NCBI GenBank assembly: GCA_965205865.1
Contig: CBDBHR010000023.1
Coordinates: 1 to 64,000, forward strand
Source of the DNA: a bacterium
GTDB lineage: Bacteria > SAR324 > NAC60-12
Length of the DNA stretch: 64,000 nucleotides
Reading direction: 5' to 3'
Part shown: positions 20,601 through 30,194 of the stretch, one piece after another
Layout of the letters: every line of letters begins with the position of its first letter
Position numbering within the stretch: position 1 is the stretch's first letter
Position numbers and translations under genes: made by a program
The notes under the pieces: generated by a model
Seen by the model: only the letters and a program-made list of their open reading frames with translations
What the model was told of the DNA's origin: nothing
The model's database searches: none

Positions 20601-23581
20601 TCAATGTTCATCGATACCGGATCCAGGCGTATACGACCCAGGGCGAATTAAAGAAGGCCATGGAAATGGGCAAGGAAATTCTGGAGAAATTGGGGTGTCA
20701 ACTGAGCCATTTGTCTCCCGACCAGTGGCAGCAGACCCTCGTTCAAATCAAACCCAGCCTGGCCGGTAAAAGCGTCGAAGAAGTGATGCGGTTTGAGCCG
20801 CTCACCCAAACGGATGCCGAGGTCCTTGTCCCTATCCTGTATGGACTCCAATTGCCATATGGCGCGGCTGGGACTACCTTGGATGACGGTCTTTGGCAGC
20901 CCATCGCTTCAAAACGTATCTCTTTTCTGCTGAATCATTTTCATCCGCAACATTCACCCGAATTCTATTGTCTCCTTGGATTTATATATTGCGTGTTTAC
21001 GCAGGATTTTGAATTTGGTTATGAACTCGGTCTTCTGGGCATACAGATCATGGAAGCGCTTGATCTGAAGGAAATAAACTGTAGAGTTTCCGGGGGTTTC
21101 AACGGCGCGATCCGATTCTATCGGGAGCCGCTATCGGCGACATTGGATCCCTTGCGGGAAGCTCATAAGATGGGAATCGAGACGGGAGATTTCATCAATG
21201 CCGGTTCTAGCGCAGTCGCAAGGTGTCGTATAGCGTTTATGTGCGGAAAGGAGCTGAATTGGCTGAAAGGGGAATTGTCGACGTTGAAGCTTGCTCTCAA
21301 GAAGATCGATTATATTATCGGGTCTCGCCATGCCGAAATGCAGATGAAGGCGGTTACGATTCTAATGGAGGAACCTTCGCCCCTGTCGACCGGCATCATG
21401 GATCAATACGACAGGGTGACAAGTACGGAGTACTCATATCATAATCATAGCAGTTTTAATTACCAAAAGCTGGTGCTGCAATACCTGTTCGAAGAATATG
21501 AAGCAGCCCGGGAGACGGTTTTTGAAATGATCAACCTGATGAAAACCTACAAGGATTCCCTTGCTGATCCCCTGGCCAACTGCTACCGATCCCTCGCTCT
21601 CCTGGCGATTTACGGCCAGGGGAGCGAGGAGGAAAAGGAGGAGATCCTCACCCAGGTCGATGACAATCAGGATACATTGGAGAAACTAGCGCGCAGTGCC
21701 CCGCCCAATTACCGACACAAGCATCACCTGGTGGAAGCCGAACGGATGCGGGTTTTGGATGGTGAACCCGATACCATTATGCACCACTATGACAAGGCCA
21801 TCGCTTTGGCCAGAGAGAGTGAATTTATCCACGAGGAAGCCTTGGCCAATGAACTGGCAGCCAGATACTTGCTCAGTCAGGGGCAGAACGATGCCGCCAG
21901 CTCTTACCTGCGCTTAGCAATGGAGAAGTACGAAGCCTGGGGGGCAAAACGGAAGGTCGCGCATCTTAAGTCTCAATATCCCGGGCTGATTGCCGATGAT
22001 CGTGCTGAAGGGGCGGCGTCTCCTTCGGCCAACCTGGACCTGGCGACGATTCTCAAAGCCTCGGAGGCCATTTCCAGTACCCTCGAGTTGGAACCGCTGC
22101 TGGAGATCCTGCTTGGCATTCTCATGGAAAATGCCGGAGCCCAGACAGCAGCCCTGATTCTGGAAACCGAAGGTCAGTCTCTCATCGCTGCCCGCGGGAG
22201 TGCTGAGCAGGTCGAATGTTTTCTACCGCTTTCCCTGCCTGTGGAAAAGGTCGGCTCTATCTCCCTCTCGATCATCTCCTGGGTGAAACAAACCCGGGAA
22301 CACCTGGTTTTGGACAACGCCTCCCGCGAGGAACGGTTTGTCGAGGATGACTATATTAAACGGGAACGTCCTAAATCCATCCTGTGCGCGCCGATACATC
22401 ATAAGTCCGCCTTGAGCGGCATCATTTACCTGGAAAATAACCTGGTTGAGGGAGCCTTCACCCCCCGGCGACTCGAGGTGATCAAACACCTTAGCTCCCA
22501 GATCGCCATTTCTCTGGAAAATGCCAGGCTTCACGAAAACCTTAAAAAGGCGCTGGGCGAGTTGAAAGAGAGCGAAACCTCCCTGCGTCAGGAAAATATC
22601 CTCCTGCGAGCACGCACCAAAGACCGCTTTAAGTTTGGCGATATTATCGGAAAAAGCGAACCCATGCAACGGGTATACGAGTTGATTTTAAAAGCGGCGG
22701 CCACCGAGGTCAACGTGATCCTCTACGGCGAATCGGGAACCGGGAAAGAACTGGTCTCCCGGGCCATTCACGACGCCAGTAGCCGCAAGGAGCATGTGTT
22801 TTTCCCGGTGAACCTCGGGGCCATCCCCGAAAACCTGATCGAGAGCGAGTTCTTTGGACACAAAAAAGGCGCTTTCACCGGGGCCGACAGTGATCAGCGC
22901 GGTTTTCTGCACCTGACCGACAAAGGTACTTTGTTCCTGGATGAACTGGCTGATATCGGACTGAACCTGCAGATTAAACTGCTTCGTGTCCTGGAGGGCA
23001 ACGGCTTTACCCCGGTTGGCACCACCGAGGTCATTAAGCCCAATATCCGGTTCATCGCAGCTTCAAACCAGGACCTGAGTCATCGGGTAAAGACGGGGCA
23101 AATTCGAGAAGATTTCTATTACCGGATCCATGTCTTTCCCATTCGCCTGCCCCCGCTCCGGGAAAGAAAAGAAGATATCCCTCTGCTGGTCGAGCATTTT
23201 TTGAAATCCACGGCACCGCTTCAAAAAGGAAAGCCCATCACACCGGGATTTCTGGAAGCCCTGCAAGCCTACGATTGGCCGGGCAATGTCCGGGAGCTGC
23301 AAAACACTCTGCATCGCTATGTCTCCCTGGGAGAGGTCGATTTTCTGGGGGAACGGATAAATTCTAAAATCAGCGAAACTTCAAATTTCGGAAATAACAC
23401 CAACCACAGGAAAATGGCGCTGGATCAAGCCGTCGCGGATAGTGAAAAAGCGACGATTATCAATGCCCTGAAAAATTCCCAGGGCCACAAGGTAAAAACC
23501 GCTGCCGCCCTGGGGATCTCCCGAGCCACCCTCTTCAACAAAATGAAAAAGTACGGAATCCGGATCACCCCAGGAACTTAA
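17585..23581 (+). CDS. Giant sigma54-dependent activator 1: IS1595-type Zn-ribbon/HTH, pseudokinase, STAND AAA NTPase, helical repeats, GAF, bEBP AAA+, Fis HTH
   Basis: RWP.GYVCSVC..CRNC..TSI.AGTI.H.T..PL..WF; HKMINP/TGFG/SPEQTGR; GSAGVGKT and LDDLQW; GAF SILCAPI..IIYLEN; GESGTGKE, GAFTGA, WPGNVREL; LGISRATL. Confidence 0.9.
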   Translation: MWERQVDETTQAHSFHEIKKLFSNDEVCRNHLFHLRWPTGYVCSVCGSNCYDALKKRQLLQCRNCKHQTSIIAGTIMHRTRTPLRYWFWGIYFVAVCNGETTAQQLAEKIGLNYHAARRMLGKIHEIEKNQGFLGDLLKSFKISQWSKEELSTGPGMETPPRSIKGSYPLIEQTIPDGKKLEIPGYSLEEVIFESSRTRLWRGKRQSDGLLVLIKGAASSEQSAQELAEMRHEHEITRALKIEGVLRAEELAQCENGWALILENTEGFPLRKLMDVARLDLLDSLKVSVSLAGILEEVHRQGILHKMINPFNIFVDPGSGTVKLTGFGLATRLPKENLTMLSPQLSGETLLYLSPEQTGRMNRPLDYRSDFYSLGATLYELFSGRVPFHSREAMEIIHAHIARQPVPPDQIAPQVPKTLSRLVMKLMAKRAEVRYQSHSGLAADLLTCVEQLENQGSLSDFPLARHDIPKELQIAPGLYGREDEISALEGALERVSQGATEIVLVSGSAGVGKTVLVGEIHRSVAQKNGFFISGKFDQLRHNIPYSALIQALRGLIREASTEGKSEMERWKSRIRAALGPNGQLMTRVIPELEQMIGPQPPLPEMGALETRNRFTAVLLEFISVFCEKTHPLVIFLDDLQWVDADTLKLMERIAQDPERKALLFLGAYRDNEVEAGHRLMISCEVIKKTGQPLQTIPLKPLNPENISQLLVHTCHCRPEEANPLAELLVRKTGGNPFFVSQFLTVLSEKDLIRYSPEEKQWIWNLAAIEFLAVTDNVVDLLIDRFHRFSSETRKLLSLAACIGNTFDLESLERISGEGSGEIYENLLPALETGLILGFSRAPELDNPLAGASAEGGSYKFLHDRVQQAAYALIAQKERQPVHLRIGQTLLKQYAPGKSDALLFDIVHHLNLARRVNNGSKERSNLAELNLKAGRQARAASAFEKALEYFTIGLDLLEVAAWKRHYPLALSLHEEATEMSSLCGRFELMEKLAGAVKDNARQDLDLVNVHRYRIQAYTTQGELKKAMEMGKEILEKLGCQLSHLSPDQWQQTLVQIKPSLAGKSVEEVMRFEPLTQTDAEVLVPILYGLQLPYGAAGTTLDDGLWQPIASKRISFLLNHFHPQHSPEFYCLLGFIYCVFTQDFEFGYELGLLGIQIMEALDLKEINCRVSGGFNGAIRFYREPLSATLDPLREAHKMGIETGDFINAGSSAVARCRIAFMCGKELNWLKGELSTLKLALKKIDYIIGSRHAEMQMKAVTILMEEPSPLSTGIMDQYDRVTSTEYSYHNHSSFNYQKLVLQYLFEEYEAARETVFEMINLMKTYKDSLADPLANCYRSLALLAIYGQGSEEEKEEILTQVDDNQDTLEKLARSAPPNYRHKHHLVEAERMRVLDGEPDTIMHHYDKAIALARESEFIHEEALANELAARYLLSQGQNDAASSYLRLAMEKYEAWGAKRKVAHLKSQYPGLIADDRAEGAASPSANLDLATILKASEAISSTLELEPLLEILLGILMENAGAQTAALILETEGQSLIAARGSAEQVECFLPLSLPVEKVGSISLSIISWVKQTREHLVLDNASREERFVEDDYIKRERPKSILCAPIHHKSALSGIIYLENNLVEGAFTPRRLEVIKHLSSQIAISLENARLHENLKKALGELKESETSLRQENILLRARTKDRFKFGDIIGKSEPMQRVYELILKAAATEVNVILYGESGTGKELVSRAIHDASSRKEHVFFPVNLGAIPENLIESEFFGHKKGAFTGADSDQRGFLHLTDKGTLFLDELADIGLNLQIKLLRVLEGNGFTPVGTTEVIKPNIRFIAASNQDLSHRVKTGQIREDFYYRIHVFPIRLPPLRERKEDIPLLVEHFLKSTAPLQKGKPITPGFLEALQAYDWPGNVRELQNTLHRYVSLGEVDFLGERINSKISETSNFGNNTNHRKMALDQAVADSEKATIINALKNSQGHKVKTAAALGISRATLFNKMKKYGIRITPGT

Positions 23582-23600
23582 TAAAAGGAGGCTCTTTCCT

Positions 23601-23984
23601 CTACTCGTCTTCACTTGCCGTTCGCTCTTGTTGGGCAATCTCCAGTAACACTTCAAACAACGTCGGCTCAGTACTTTCCAAAATATCCTCTCCGATATGT
23701 TTATGATGAGGAAAAGTAGCGATATTCCGATGATGGGGTGCATTGTCATAACGAAAGATACAGGTATGATCTCGAGCCATATAATGGTATCGATATTTGA
23801 CTTTTGAGGGGAGATCCATATCTTTGACTTCGACAAAATCAAGCCGATGCCCGTTGCTGAAAAGCAAAGAACCGTTGATATAGCCTTGTTTGACGTTATA
23901 AATCTTCTTCTGAAGCGTATGGGTTTGGATATTCGGAAACGCCTGAAGTATCTGTTCAAGTTGCGCAAAATAGGTTTCGATCAT
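23601..23984 (-). CDS. DUF6516/TumE-like putative toxin
   Basis: KYRYHY...FRYDNAPHH...FPHHKH motif. Confidence 0.75.
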   Translation of the reverse strand: MIETYFAQLEQILQAFPNIQTHTLQKKIYNVKQGYINGSLLFSNGHRLDFVEVKDMDLPSKVKYRYHYMARDHTCIFRYDNAPHHRNIATFPHHKHIGEDILESTEPTLFEVLLEIAQQERTASEDE

Positions 23985-24301
23985 GTGAGTTCTTGAAGGC
24001 GACGTTCATTGTCTTGCAACATTTCATACAATCCTGCCCACAGCATCACATCTTCGCTATCATCGGTCTCCCCCTGCTCGAATTGTTGGTAAAACTTCTC
24101 GCTTGATTGTTGGTATTTATTTTCAAATTGTTTCAAATCAAGGCGAATGTTTAACAAGCCTTTTTGAAGTTCGGCAATCTGATAGGCAATGATATTTTGC
24201 GCAAACATTTCTTCATCCTGCGTGTACTCTAAGATTTTTTTCAGCCGTTGTTCCGTCTGTGGCTGAATATCCAGTTCTAAATTTAACATCCCTCTCCTCA
24301 T
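23981..24301 (-). CDS. Cognate antitoxin (TumA-like)
   Basis: FENKYQQSSEKFYQQFEQGE.DD.ED...WAG pattern; 4-bp overlap with the toxin. Confidence 0.65.
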   Translation of the reverse strand: MRRGMLNLELDIQPQTEQRLKKILEYTQDEEMFAQNIIAYQIAELQKGLLNIRLDLKQFENKYQQSSEKFYQQFEQGETDDSEDVMLWAGLYEMLQDNERRLQELT

Positions 24302-24560
24302 GATTTATGGAAAATTACTTCTTTGGTTATTTCAATTGCTATGACTTGGTTTCCCTGTACAGTTGGTTTTCTTACCTTAATACTGTTTTTTCGGAAGTTT
24401 ATCCAGCAAATTATTTGATGAGTAATGATCATTTTGTCCATTCCTTCAGTCATTTAGACGAAGCAAAATCTTTCGATCCCTTTGTCCGGGGCGGCCTTCC
24501 GCATTTGTCCCTTTGCCCCTGAATCATCCAAAGGGGGAAATATGATCTGCTTTCAAAATC

Positions 24561-24778
24561 TATATTCACAAATTCGACGGGTATTGCCGACCAAAGTCGA
24601 AAAATACTAGGCTCAACGCATTATTTTAATTCTGTCTAAGTTGTCATTCCCGCGCAGGCGGGAATCCAGGGCTTGAAGCTCCGGCACCCTGGATCCCCGC
24701 TTTCGCGAGGATGACACTCAGGCAATGTTTTTCAGGAATACCAACGAAATATGATGCTACCCGTCGACTTTGAATATA
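24561..24778. repeat. Intact ~220-bp MITE with REP-like core GTCATTCCCGCGCAGGCGGGAATCC
   Basis: Termini TATATTCACAAATTCGACGGG / CCCGTCGACTTTGAATATA; homolog of the split copy at 10902-12858. Confidence 0.85.
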
Positions 24779-24813
24779 TTACGTAGCATCAGTAAATAAT
24801 AGAGTTTAAAAGT

Positions 24814-24921
24814 GTCAAAAATCTTAGACTTAAGTATAAAAATTTAGATTTTAGTTTATAAACCTTGAATATCAATAAGTTAACCATGATTTCCGATCTA
24901 GTTAAGTCAAAATATTTAGAC
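24814..24921. promoter_or_regulatory. Three candidate upstream activator sites for activator 1
   Basis: GTCAAAAATCTTAGAC (24814), GTATAAAAATTTAGAT (24834), GTCAAAATATTTAGAC (24906). Confidence 0.6.
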
Positions 24922-25000
24922 TCCTGCTTCGCAGACCCAAACCTCCCTCTTGTAAAAAATAGATAATAATTACAGTAAGTTAACTGAATATTCTCAGATT

Positions 25001-25016
25001 TGGCACACTGCTTGAA
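25001..25016 (+). promoter_or_regulatory. sigma54 -24/-12 promoter
   Basis: TGGCACACTGCTTGAA (GG-N10-GA variant). Confidence 0.65.
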
Positions 25017-25178
25017 ACAATAGTTTCTGGGATGCTGCATCCCTGAGCTTGTGGTCAATCCATTCCCTCCAAAAGCAGCGGATGGGGAAAATTTTTCATT
25101 CACTGTCTTATCAGGAGAATCCTATGGGGAAATCACGTTAGCAGAGAAAGAATGTTTATTCCTTCAATCTCAAAAAAC

Positions 25179-25346
25179 TAGTGCCGTAGGGCAAAAGTGC
25201 GTTTACAGCCACAGTGTCATGCCGGACTTGATCCGGCATCCAGGATTCACAGAAAGCCCCCTGGATTCCTGGTCAAGCCAGGAATGACAACTGCATAGAT
25301 TGTCGAATGTGATTAACTGTAAACTTATTTTCACCGGGCAGTACTA
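25179..25346. repeat. REP-like MITE, family 2
   Basis: Ends TAGTGCCGTAGGGCAAAAGT...GGGCAGTACTA; core GTCATGCCGGACTTGATCCGGCATCC; related to 32321-34230. Confidence 0.7.
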
Positions 25347-25449
25347 GATTTGGGAGATAATTTTGAAATCAATCGTATTTGGAGAAATTATTATGAAAAA
25401 GATAAATTGGGAGATAATTTTGAAATCAATCGTATTTGGAGAAATTATT

Positions 25450-27192
25450 ATGAAAAAGATAAAAATGAAAAAAAGGTTAGTTATGGTGTTTTCGGCGATA
25501 GTGCTGATGGCCGGGATCCTCCTGGCGATGCCCGTAGTAGCAAAGGATATACCCAGAGAAGAAACGTTAATCGTTAGGATGTTACACAAGATTACAAACT
25601 TCGAGGTAATGAACAACTACCTTCCAACCCACCAGGAAAGGACGGGGAACGATTGGAATGCTGAACGCCTTATGTACCTGAACTGGGTCACAGGAGAGGT
25701 TGTGCCGTGGCTTGCAACGGGTTTTGAGTACGGTCCGAACCATGACACCATAACCCTTAAATTAAGGAAAGGTGTTAAATGGAGCGACGGAGAGACCTTT
25801 AATGCCGACGACGTTGTCTTCACCCTCAACATGCTTAAAGAGCATGCACCCAAATTGAGATGGTCAACAACAATAAAGGAGTGGTACAAAGAGGTCAGGA
25901 AGGTAGACGATTACACCGTTTTCATAAAGCTTAAAGGACCAAACCCAAGGTTGCACTACCAGACCATAATCGGAACGAATACCCCTCCCCCGGTCCCAGA
26001 GCATCTTTGGTCTAAAATTGACCCAACTACCTTTAAAAACTTTCCCAACCCGGTGTGGACCGGTCCCTACAGACTCGTTAGTGCCACGGCTGAAAATACG
26101 ATCTGGGAGCGTAATGATAATTACTGGGCAATTGACGTGCTGGGGAAATCCGTAGGTGCAAAGTTCATAAACGTCACAGGAACAGAATCTGCCGAGGTAA
26201 TGATGATAGAGCAGATAAATCATAGGATGGATGTCTGGTCTGAGTTCACAAAGTCCCAGGTCGAGACGGTAATGGCGAAGAATAAGCATGTGGTACCCTG
26301 GTTTGTTAGCGCCGGGTGCGTAAAGGGTGTATATGTTAATCATCTTAATCCTCCATTGGATTCCCCTGAGGTCAGATGGGCCATTTCCTATGCTATTAAC
26401 AGAAATAAAGCGAATATCGTAACTGATGAAGGAGCAAATTATATTCCTACAATGCCATTTCCCAACCAAGGGAAGACAGACTGGGAGGAAGAGTATAAGG
26501 ACATTTTAGAGAAGTACGATATCACTAAATATGACCCTGCGATGTCGGAATCGATATTTAAGGAGCGAGGATACAAAAAAGGGAGCGACGGTATCTGGGT
26601 AACAGCGGATGGAACCCGCTTATCCTGGGTTGTTTTAACTAGTAGTGTGCCCGGTTTCAGAGAGTTGGCTCAGAGTATAAGCGATGATCTAAAGGCAATA
26701 GGCATAGATGCAGCGTATAAGGTTTTGGAATATCCACCCTTTCAAGACCAGTGGAATCGGGGCGAGTATGACATGGCGGCAGTATGGATTTGTGGTCAGC
26801 AAGCTATAGCAGCTGTGGACCCTTATGATATATTATATTCATACCATAGTAAATTTGTAGTCCCTAAAGGAGAACCTGCAGGCCAGGGAGGAAACTACAA
26901 CCATAATGCAGCTCGCTACTCAAACCCTGAGTTCGACAGGCTTATAGATCAGCTAACCGGTTTTAGTCCCGATAGTCCTGCGGCAATGTCTATACTCAAA
27001 AATGCTACGAAGATCTGGATGCGGGATTTGCCGGTGGTACCTGTCCTTGGTTATCGAAGTATGGCCCAAACCTATGATACCCTTTACTGGAAAGGTTACC
27101 CGAGTGCAGAGAACCCCCACAGTACGCCGTTCCACTGGGAACCTAGCTTCCTCCACCTCCTGCTAAACCTTGAATCTACAGGGGTGAAGTAA
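25450..27192 (+). CDS. Family-5 ABC substrate-binding protein
   Basis: Signal peptide; PWLA, LRKGVKWSDGETFNADDVVFT and GPY motifs; start region duplicated (57 bp). Confidence 0.9.
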   Translation: MKKIKMKKRLVMVFSAIVLMAGILLAMPVVAKDIPREETLIVRMLHKITNFEVMNNYLPTHQERTGNDWNAERLMYLNWVTGEVVPWLATGFEYGPNHDTITLKLRKGVKWSDGETFNADDVVFTLNMLKEHAPKLRWSTTIKEWYKEVRKVDDYTVFIKLKGPNPRLHYQTIIGTNTPPPVPEHLWSKIDPTTFKNFPNPVWTGPYRLVSATAENTIWERNDNYWAIDVLGKSVGAKFINVTGTESAEVMMIEQINHRMDVWSEFTKSQVETVMAKNKHVVPWFVSAGCVKGVYVNHLNPPLDSPEVRWAISYAINRNKANIVTDEGANYIPTMPFPNQGKTDWEEEYKDILEKYDITKYDPAMSESIFKERGYKKGSDGIWVTADGTRLSWVVLTSSVPGFRELAQSISDDLKAIGIDAAYKVLEYPPFQDQWNRGEYDMAAVWICGQQAIAAVDPYDILYSYHSKFVVPKGEPAGQGGNYNHNAARYSNPEFDRLIDQLTGFSPDSPAAMSILKNATKIWMRDLPVVPVLGYRSMAQTYDTLYWKGYPSAENPHSTPFHWEPSFLHLLLNLESTGVK

Positions 27193-27212
27193 GTAGAAAG
27201 CCCACCTACCGA

Positions 27213-27252
27213 TTCCCTCTCTCCTTGCCAAGGCATTAAGGGGAGAGGGAAT
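27213..27252 (+). terminator. Stem-loop after the SBP gene (terminator or mRNA stabiliser)
   Basis: TTCCCTCTCTCCTT...AAGGGGAGAGGGAA. Confidence 0.55.
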
Positions 27253-27292
27253 TCCAGACGGAGTCCAACGTCAATCTTAAGAGAGAGCTATT

Positions 27293-28309
27293 ATGCCTGC
27301 TTTTATGAGATATATGAGATATATCGGGAGTAGGTTGATACCGTATACAATAACGGTTTTTGTCGCAATTACTGCTAATTTCTTTATTCCCCGTCTAATC
27401 CCTGGAGATCCTATTACAGTCATGTTGAGTAAAATGTCTATAACAGGTGCCATGACAGCGGATGGACCAGAACTAGTAGAAGCGTATAGAAAGCAGTTCG
27501 GTTTGGATGGAAGCTGGCTTACTCAATATAAAAACTATATTCTAAATTTGTTACAAGGTGATCTGGGGCCTTCCATCATGTCCTTCCCCACGACTGTGCA
27601 AGAGCTCTTAATGACGGCCATCCCCTGGACGATAGGACTCCTTGTTGTCGCCACCGTTATCAGTTGGGTTCTTGGCAACCTACTTGGAGCACTCGTTGGG
27701 TGGAAAAGGGAATCTAAAACCAACTCAGCGATCTTATATTTAAGCCTGTGCCTCAATCAGGTTCCCTATTACTTCATAGCCCTAATCCTCATCTTCTCTC
27801 TAGCCTACACTTTTCCCATTTTCCCAACAACAGGAGCGTTCAGTGTAATGGGGACCCAGCATGAGGGTTTAAGACTGGTAGTGGATATCGTTTACCATGC
27901 CACCTTGCCTGCCCTTTCTATAATAATCAGCTTCATCGGATATTGGATTATTACCATGAGATCTTTGATTATAACCACCCTGGGAGAAGACTACACATTA
28001 CTGGCTGAAGCCAAAGGTCTAAAAAGGTCCGTTATTCTTAGTAAGTACGCCTTTAGGAACGCCCTCCTCCCCCAGACGGCGGCATTAGGGATGGCGTTGG
28101 GGTTTGTTTTGAACGGCTCCATCCTATTGGAAACCATCTTCAATTATCCCGGCATAGGCGCTTTACTTTTACTAGCAATAGGCAACGTTGACTACAACCT
28201 TATGCAGGGAATCTTGTTACTGACGGTTATGGCAGTCCTTAGCGCAAATCTCATATTAGAGATGGTGTATCCGCTGATAGATCCTCGAATCAGTCATGGA
28301 GGGGATTAA
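27293..28309 (+). CDS. ABC permease (DppB/OppB-like)
   Basis: PRLIPGDP, GDLGPS, AEAKGL and RNALLP motifs. Confidence 0.9.
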   Translation: MPAFMRYMRYIGSRLIPYTITVFVAITANFFIPRLIPGDPITVMLSKMSITGAMTADGPELVEAYRKQFGLDGSWLTQYKNYILNLLQGDLGPSIMSFPTTVQELLMTAIPWTIGLLVVATVISWVLGNLLGALVGWKRESKTNSAILYLSLCLNQVPYYFIALILIFSLAYTFPIFPTTGAFSVMGTQHEGLRLVVDIVYHATLPALSIIISFIGYWIITMRSLIITTLGEDYTLLAEAKGLKRSVILSKYAFRNALLPQTAALGMALGFVLNGSILLETIFNYPGIGALLLLAIGNVDYNLMQGILLLTVMAVLSANLILEMVYPLIDPRISHGGD

Positions 28310-29205
28310 TGTTGAATGTTGCGGTCTCTGGCAGGGATGTTTTCGATGCTTTTAAAGGAACCTTGAACTTCGTCTTTCGAAGAAACGCAAGGCTTTCTGC
28401 CGGATTTACAATCATATTTTGTCTTCTACTCATTGCCGTGCTGGCCCCCGTTATCGCCCCGTACGACGCATCAGCTGTAGGATTGCACCTCTTAGATCGC
28501 CCCCCCTCTTTTGAGCACCTCTTAGGCACCGATACCCTCGGCAGGGATGTTTTCGATCAATTAATCCATGGCTTAAGGCAATCGCTCATCATCGGGATTT
28601 TTACCGGGTTAGCCGGCCTCTTGGTGGGCATAACCGTGGGCATCATAAGCGGCTACAAAGGGGGTTGGGTCGATGATCTCTTAAGGAGCGTTACCGATGT
28701 CTTTCTGGTCATACCAACCATCCCCTTACTCGTCGTCCTGTCATCTTTCGTGAGGTATATGACGGTACCGGCCATGGTGTTAATTTTAGCGGTATTCGCC
28801 TGGCCATTTCCTGCCAGAACCTTTAGGGCGCAGGTTCTCAGTTCCAGGAAGCGGGAGTACATAAATATGGCCAAACTCTCCGGTCTCAGCGATATGAAAA
28901 TCGTGTTTAAAGAGGTGCTACCCAATATGCTTCCCTATGTTAGCACGACTTTGGCCAACGCCATTTCAGCGGCTATCCTGGCTGAGGTATTCTTGGAGCT
29001 TTTAGGCCTGGGGCCTCAGAATACAATTACCTTGGGTACCATGGTCTACTGGGCCATGAAGCGTGCGGCCTTGATCCGTGGTGTTCTGTGGTGGGTCTTT
29101 CCGCCCATTTTCGTCATCGTGTTGATATTCATCGGTCTCCAGCTGATTAACATAGGCCTGGACGAGGTCTTCAATCCCAGATTAAGGCGAGGAGTCACAG
29201 CATGA
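28309..29205 (+). CDS. ABC permease (DppC/OppC-like)
   Basis: HLLGTDTLGRD and EVLPN motifs. Confidence 0.9.
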   Translation: MLNVAVSGRDVFDAFKGTLNFVFRRNARLSAGFTIIFCLLLIAVLAPVIAPYDASAVGLHLLDRPPSFEHLLGTDTLGRDVFDQLIHGLRQSLIIGIFTGLAGLLVGITVGIISGYKGGWVDDLLRSVTDVFLVIPTIPLLVVLSSFVRYMTVPAMVLILAVFAWPFPARTFRAQVLSSRKREYINMAKLSGLSDMKIVFKEVLPNMLPYVSTTLANAISAAILAEVFLELLGLGPQNTITLGTMVYWAMKRAALIRGVLWWVFPPIFVIVLIFIGLQLINIGLDEVFNPRLRRGVTA

Positions 29206-30194
29206 GCGGATCGACACTCGAAATCGAGGACCTCAAAGTCTACTACTGGACCGAGCGCGGGCCGATCAAGGCGGTGGATGGAGTCAGCCTCAGCGTTAAG
29301 AAAGGAGAGCGCTTTGGGATTGTCGGTGAGTCGGGGTGCGGCAAATCGACCCTGGCCATGTCCCTCCTCCGGCTCATCAAACCGCCTGCTGCCATTGAGG
29401 GAGGGAGGATAGGCCTGGACGGCACGGAGGTTCTCGACTTAAACGATGAGGAGCTGAGAGCTGTGCGCTGGAGCCGCATCTCTCTCATCCCCCAGAGTTC
29501 TATGAACTCGCTCAATCCGGTGGTGAGGGTGGGGAGCCAGATAGCCGATGCGATCAAGGCTCATACCGCCTCCCGGGAACGTGGTGATATGAAGGAGAGG
29601 ATCACAGAGCTTCTGGGCCTGGTCGGCCTGCCGAGCCGGGTATACCGTATGTACCCCCATGAGCTCTCAGGAGGGATGAAGCAGCGGGTCTGCATCGCCA
29701 TGGCCATCGTCCTCAAGCCCCAGGTCATCATCGCCGACGAGCCGACAGGCGCCCTCGATGTGGTGATGCAGCGCGTCGTTACCCAAACCCTCGTCAAGGT
29801 CCAGGAACGTTTGGCGGCATCTCTCGTGATTATCGGACACGACATGGGCTTCCTGGCCCAGTTGGTCGATCGGCTCGCCGTCATGTATGCCGGTAAGGTG
29901 GCCGAGGTCAGCGCCGCGGAGGATATCTATAACGACCCCCTCCATCCCTACACCCAACTGCTTATCGCCTCGGTGCCCTCGGTCAAGGAGAAAAAAAAAC
30001 TTCTGGGGATCCCCGGACTCCCCCCTACCCTGCTCTTTCCCCCTCCCGGCTGTAGCTTCCACCCGAGATGCCCCGATGCCATGGAGGAATGCCGGGAGCA
30101 GGTACCGGAGTTCCGGGAGGTCAAACCTGGAAGATTCGTCGCATGCCATCTCTATCATGGCGATGTTGAGACAGCAGGAGAGGGGGGAGAATGA
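29202..30194 (+). CDS. ABC ATP-binding protein (DppD-like)
   Basis: GESGCGKS, LSGGMKQR, ADEPT and C-terminal C..HPRC motifs. Confidence 0.93.
   Translation: MSGSTLEIEDLKVYYWTERGPIKAVDGVSLSVKKGERFGIVGESGCGKSTLAMSLLRLIKPPAAIEGGRIGLDGTEVLDLNDEELRAVRWSRISLIPQSSMNSLNPVVRVGSQIADAIKAHTASRERGDMKERITELLGLVGLPSRVYRMYPHELSGGMKQRVCIAMAIVLKPQVIIADEPTGALDVVMQRVVTQTLVKVQERLAASLVIIGHDMGFLAQLVDRLAVMYAGKVAEVSAAEDIYNDPLHPYTQLLIASVPSVKEKKKLLGIPGLPPTLLFPPPGCSFHPRCPDAMEECREQVPEFREVKPGRFVACHLYHGDVETAGEGGE

Noticed and set aside
28330-28557. 18-bp exact repeat GGCAGGGATGTTTTCGAT within dppC
   Set aside because: Single short in-gene repeat with no supporting structure
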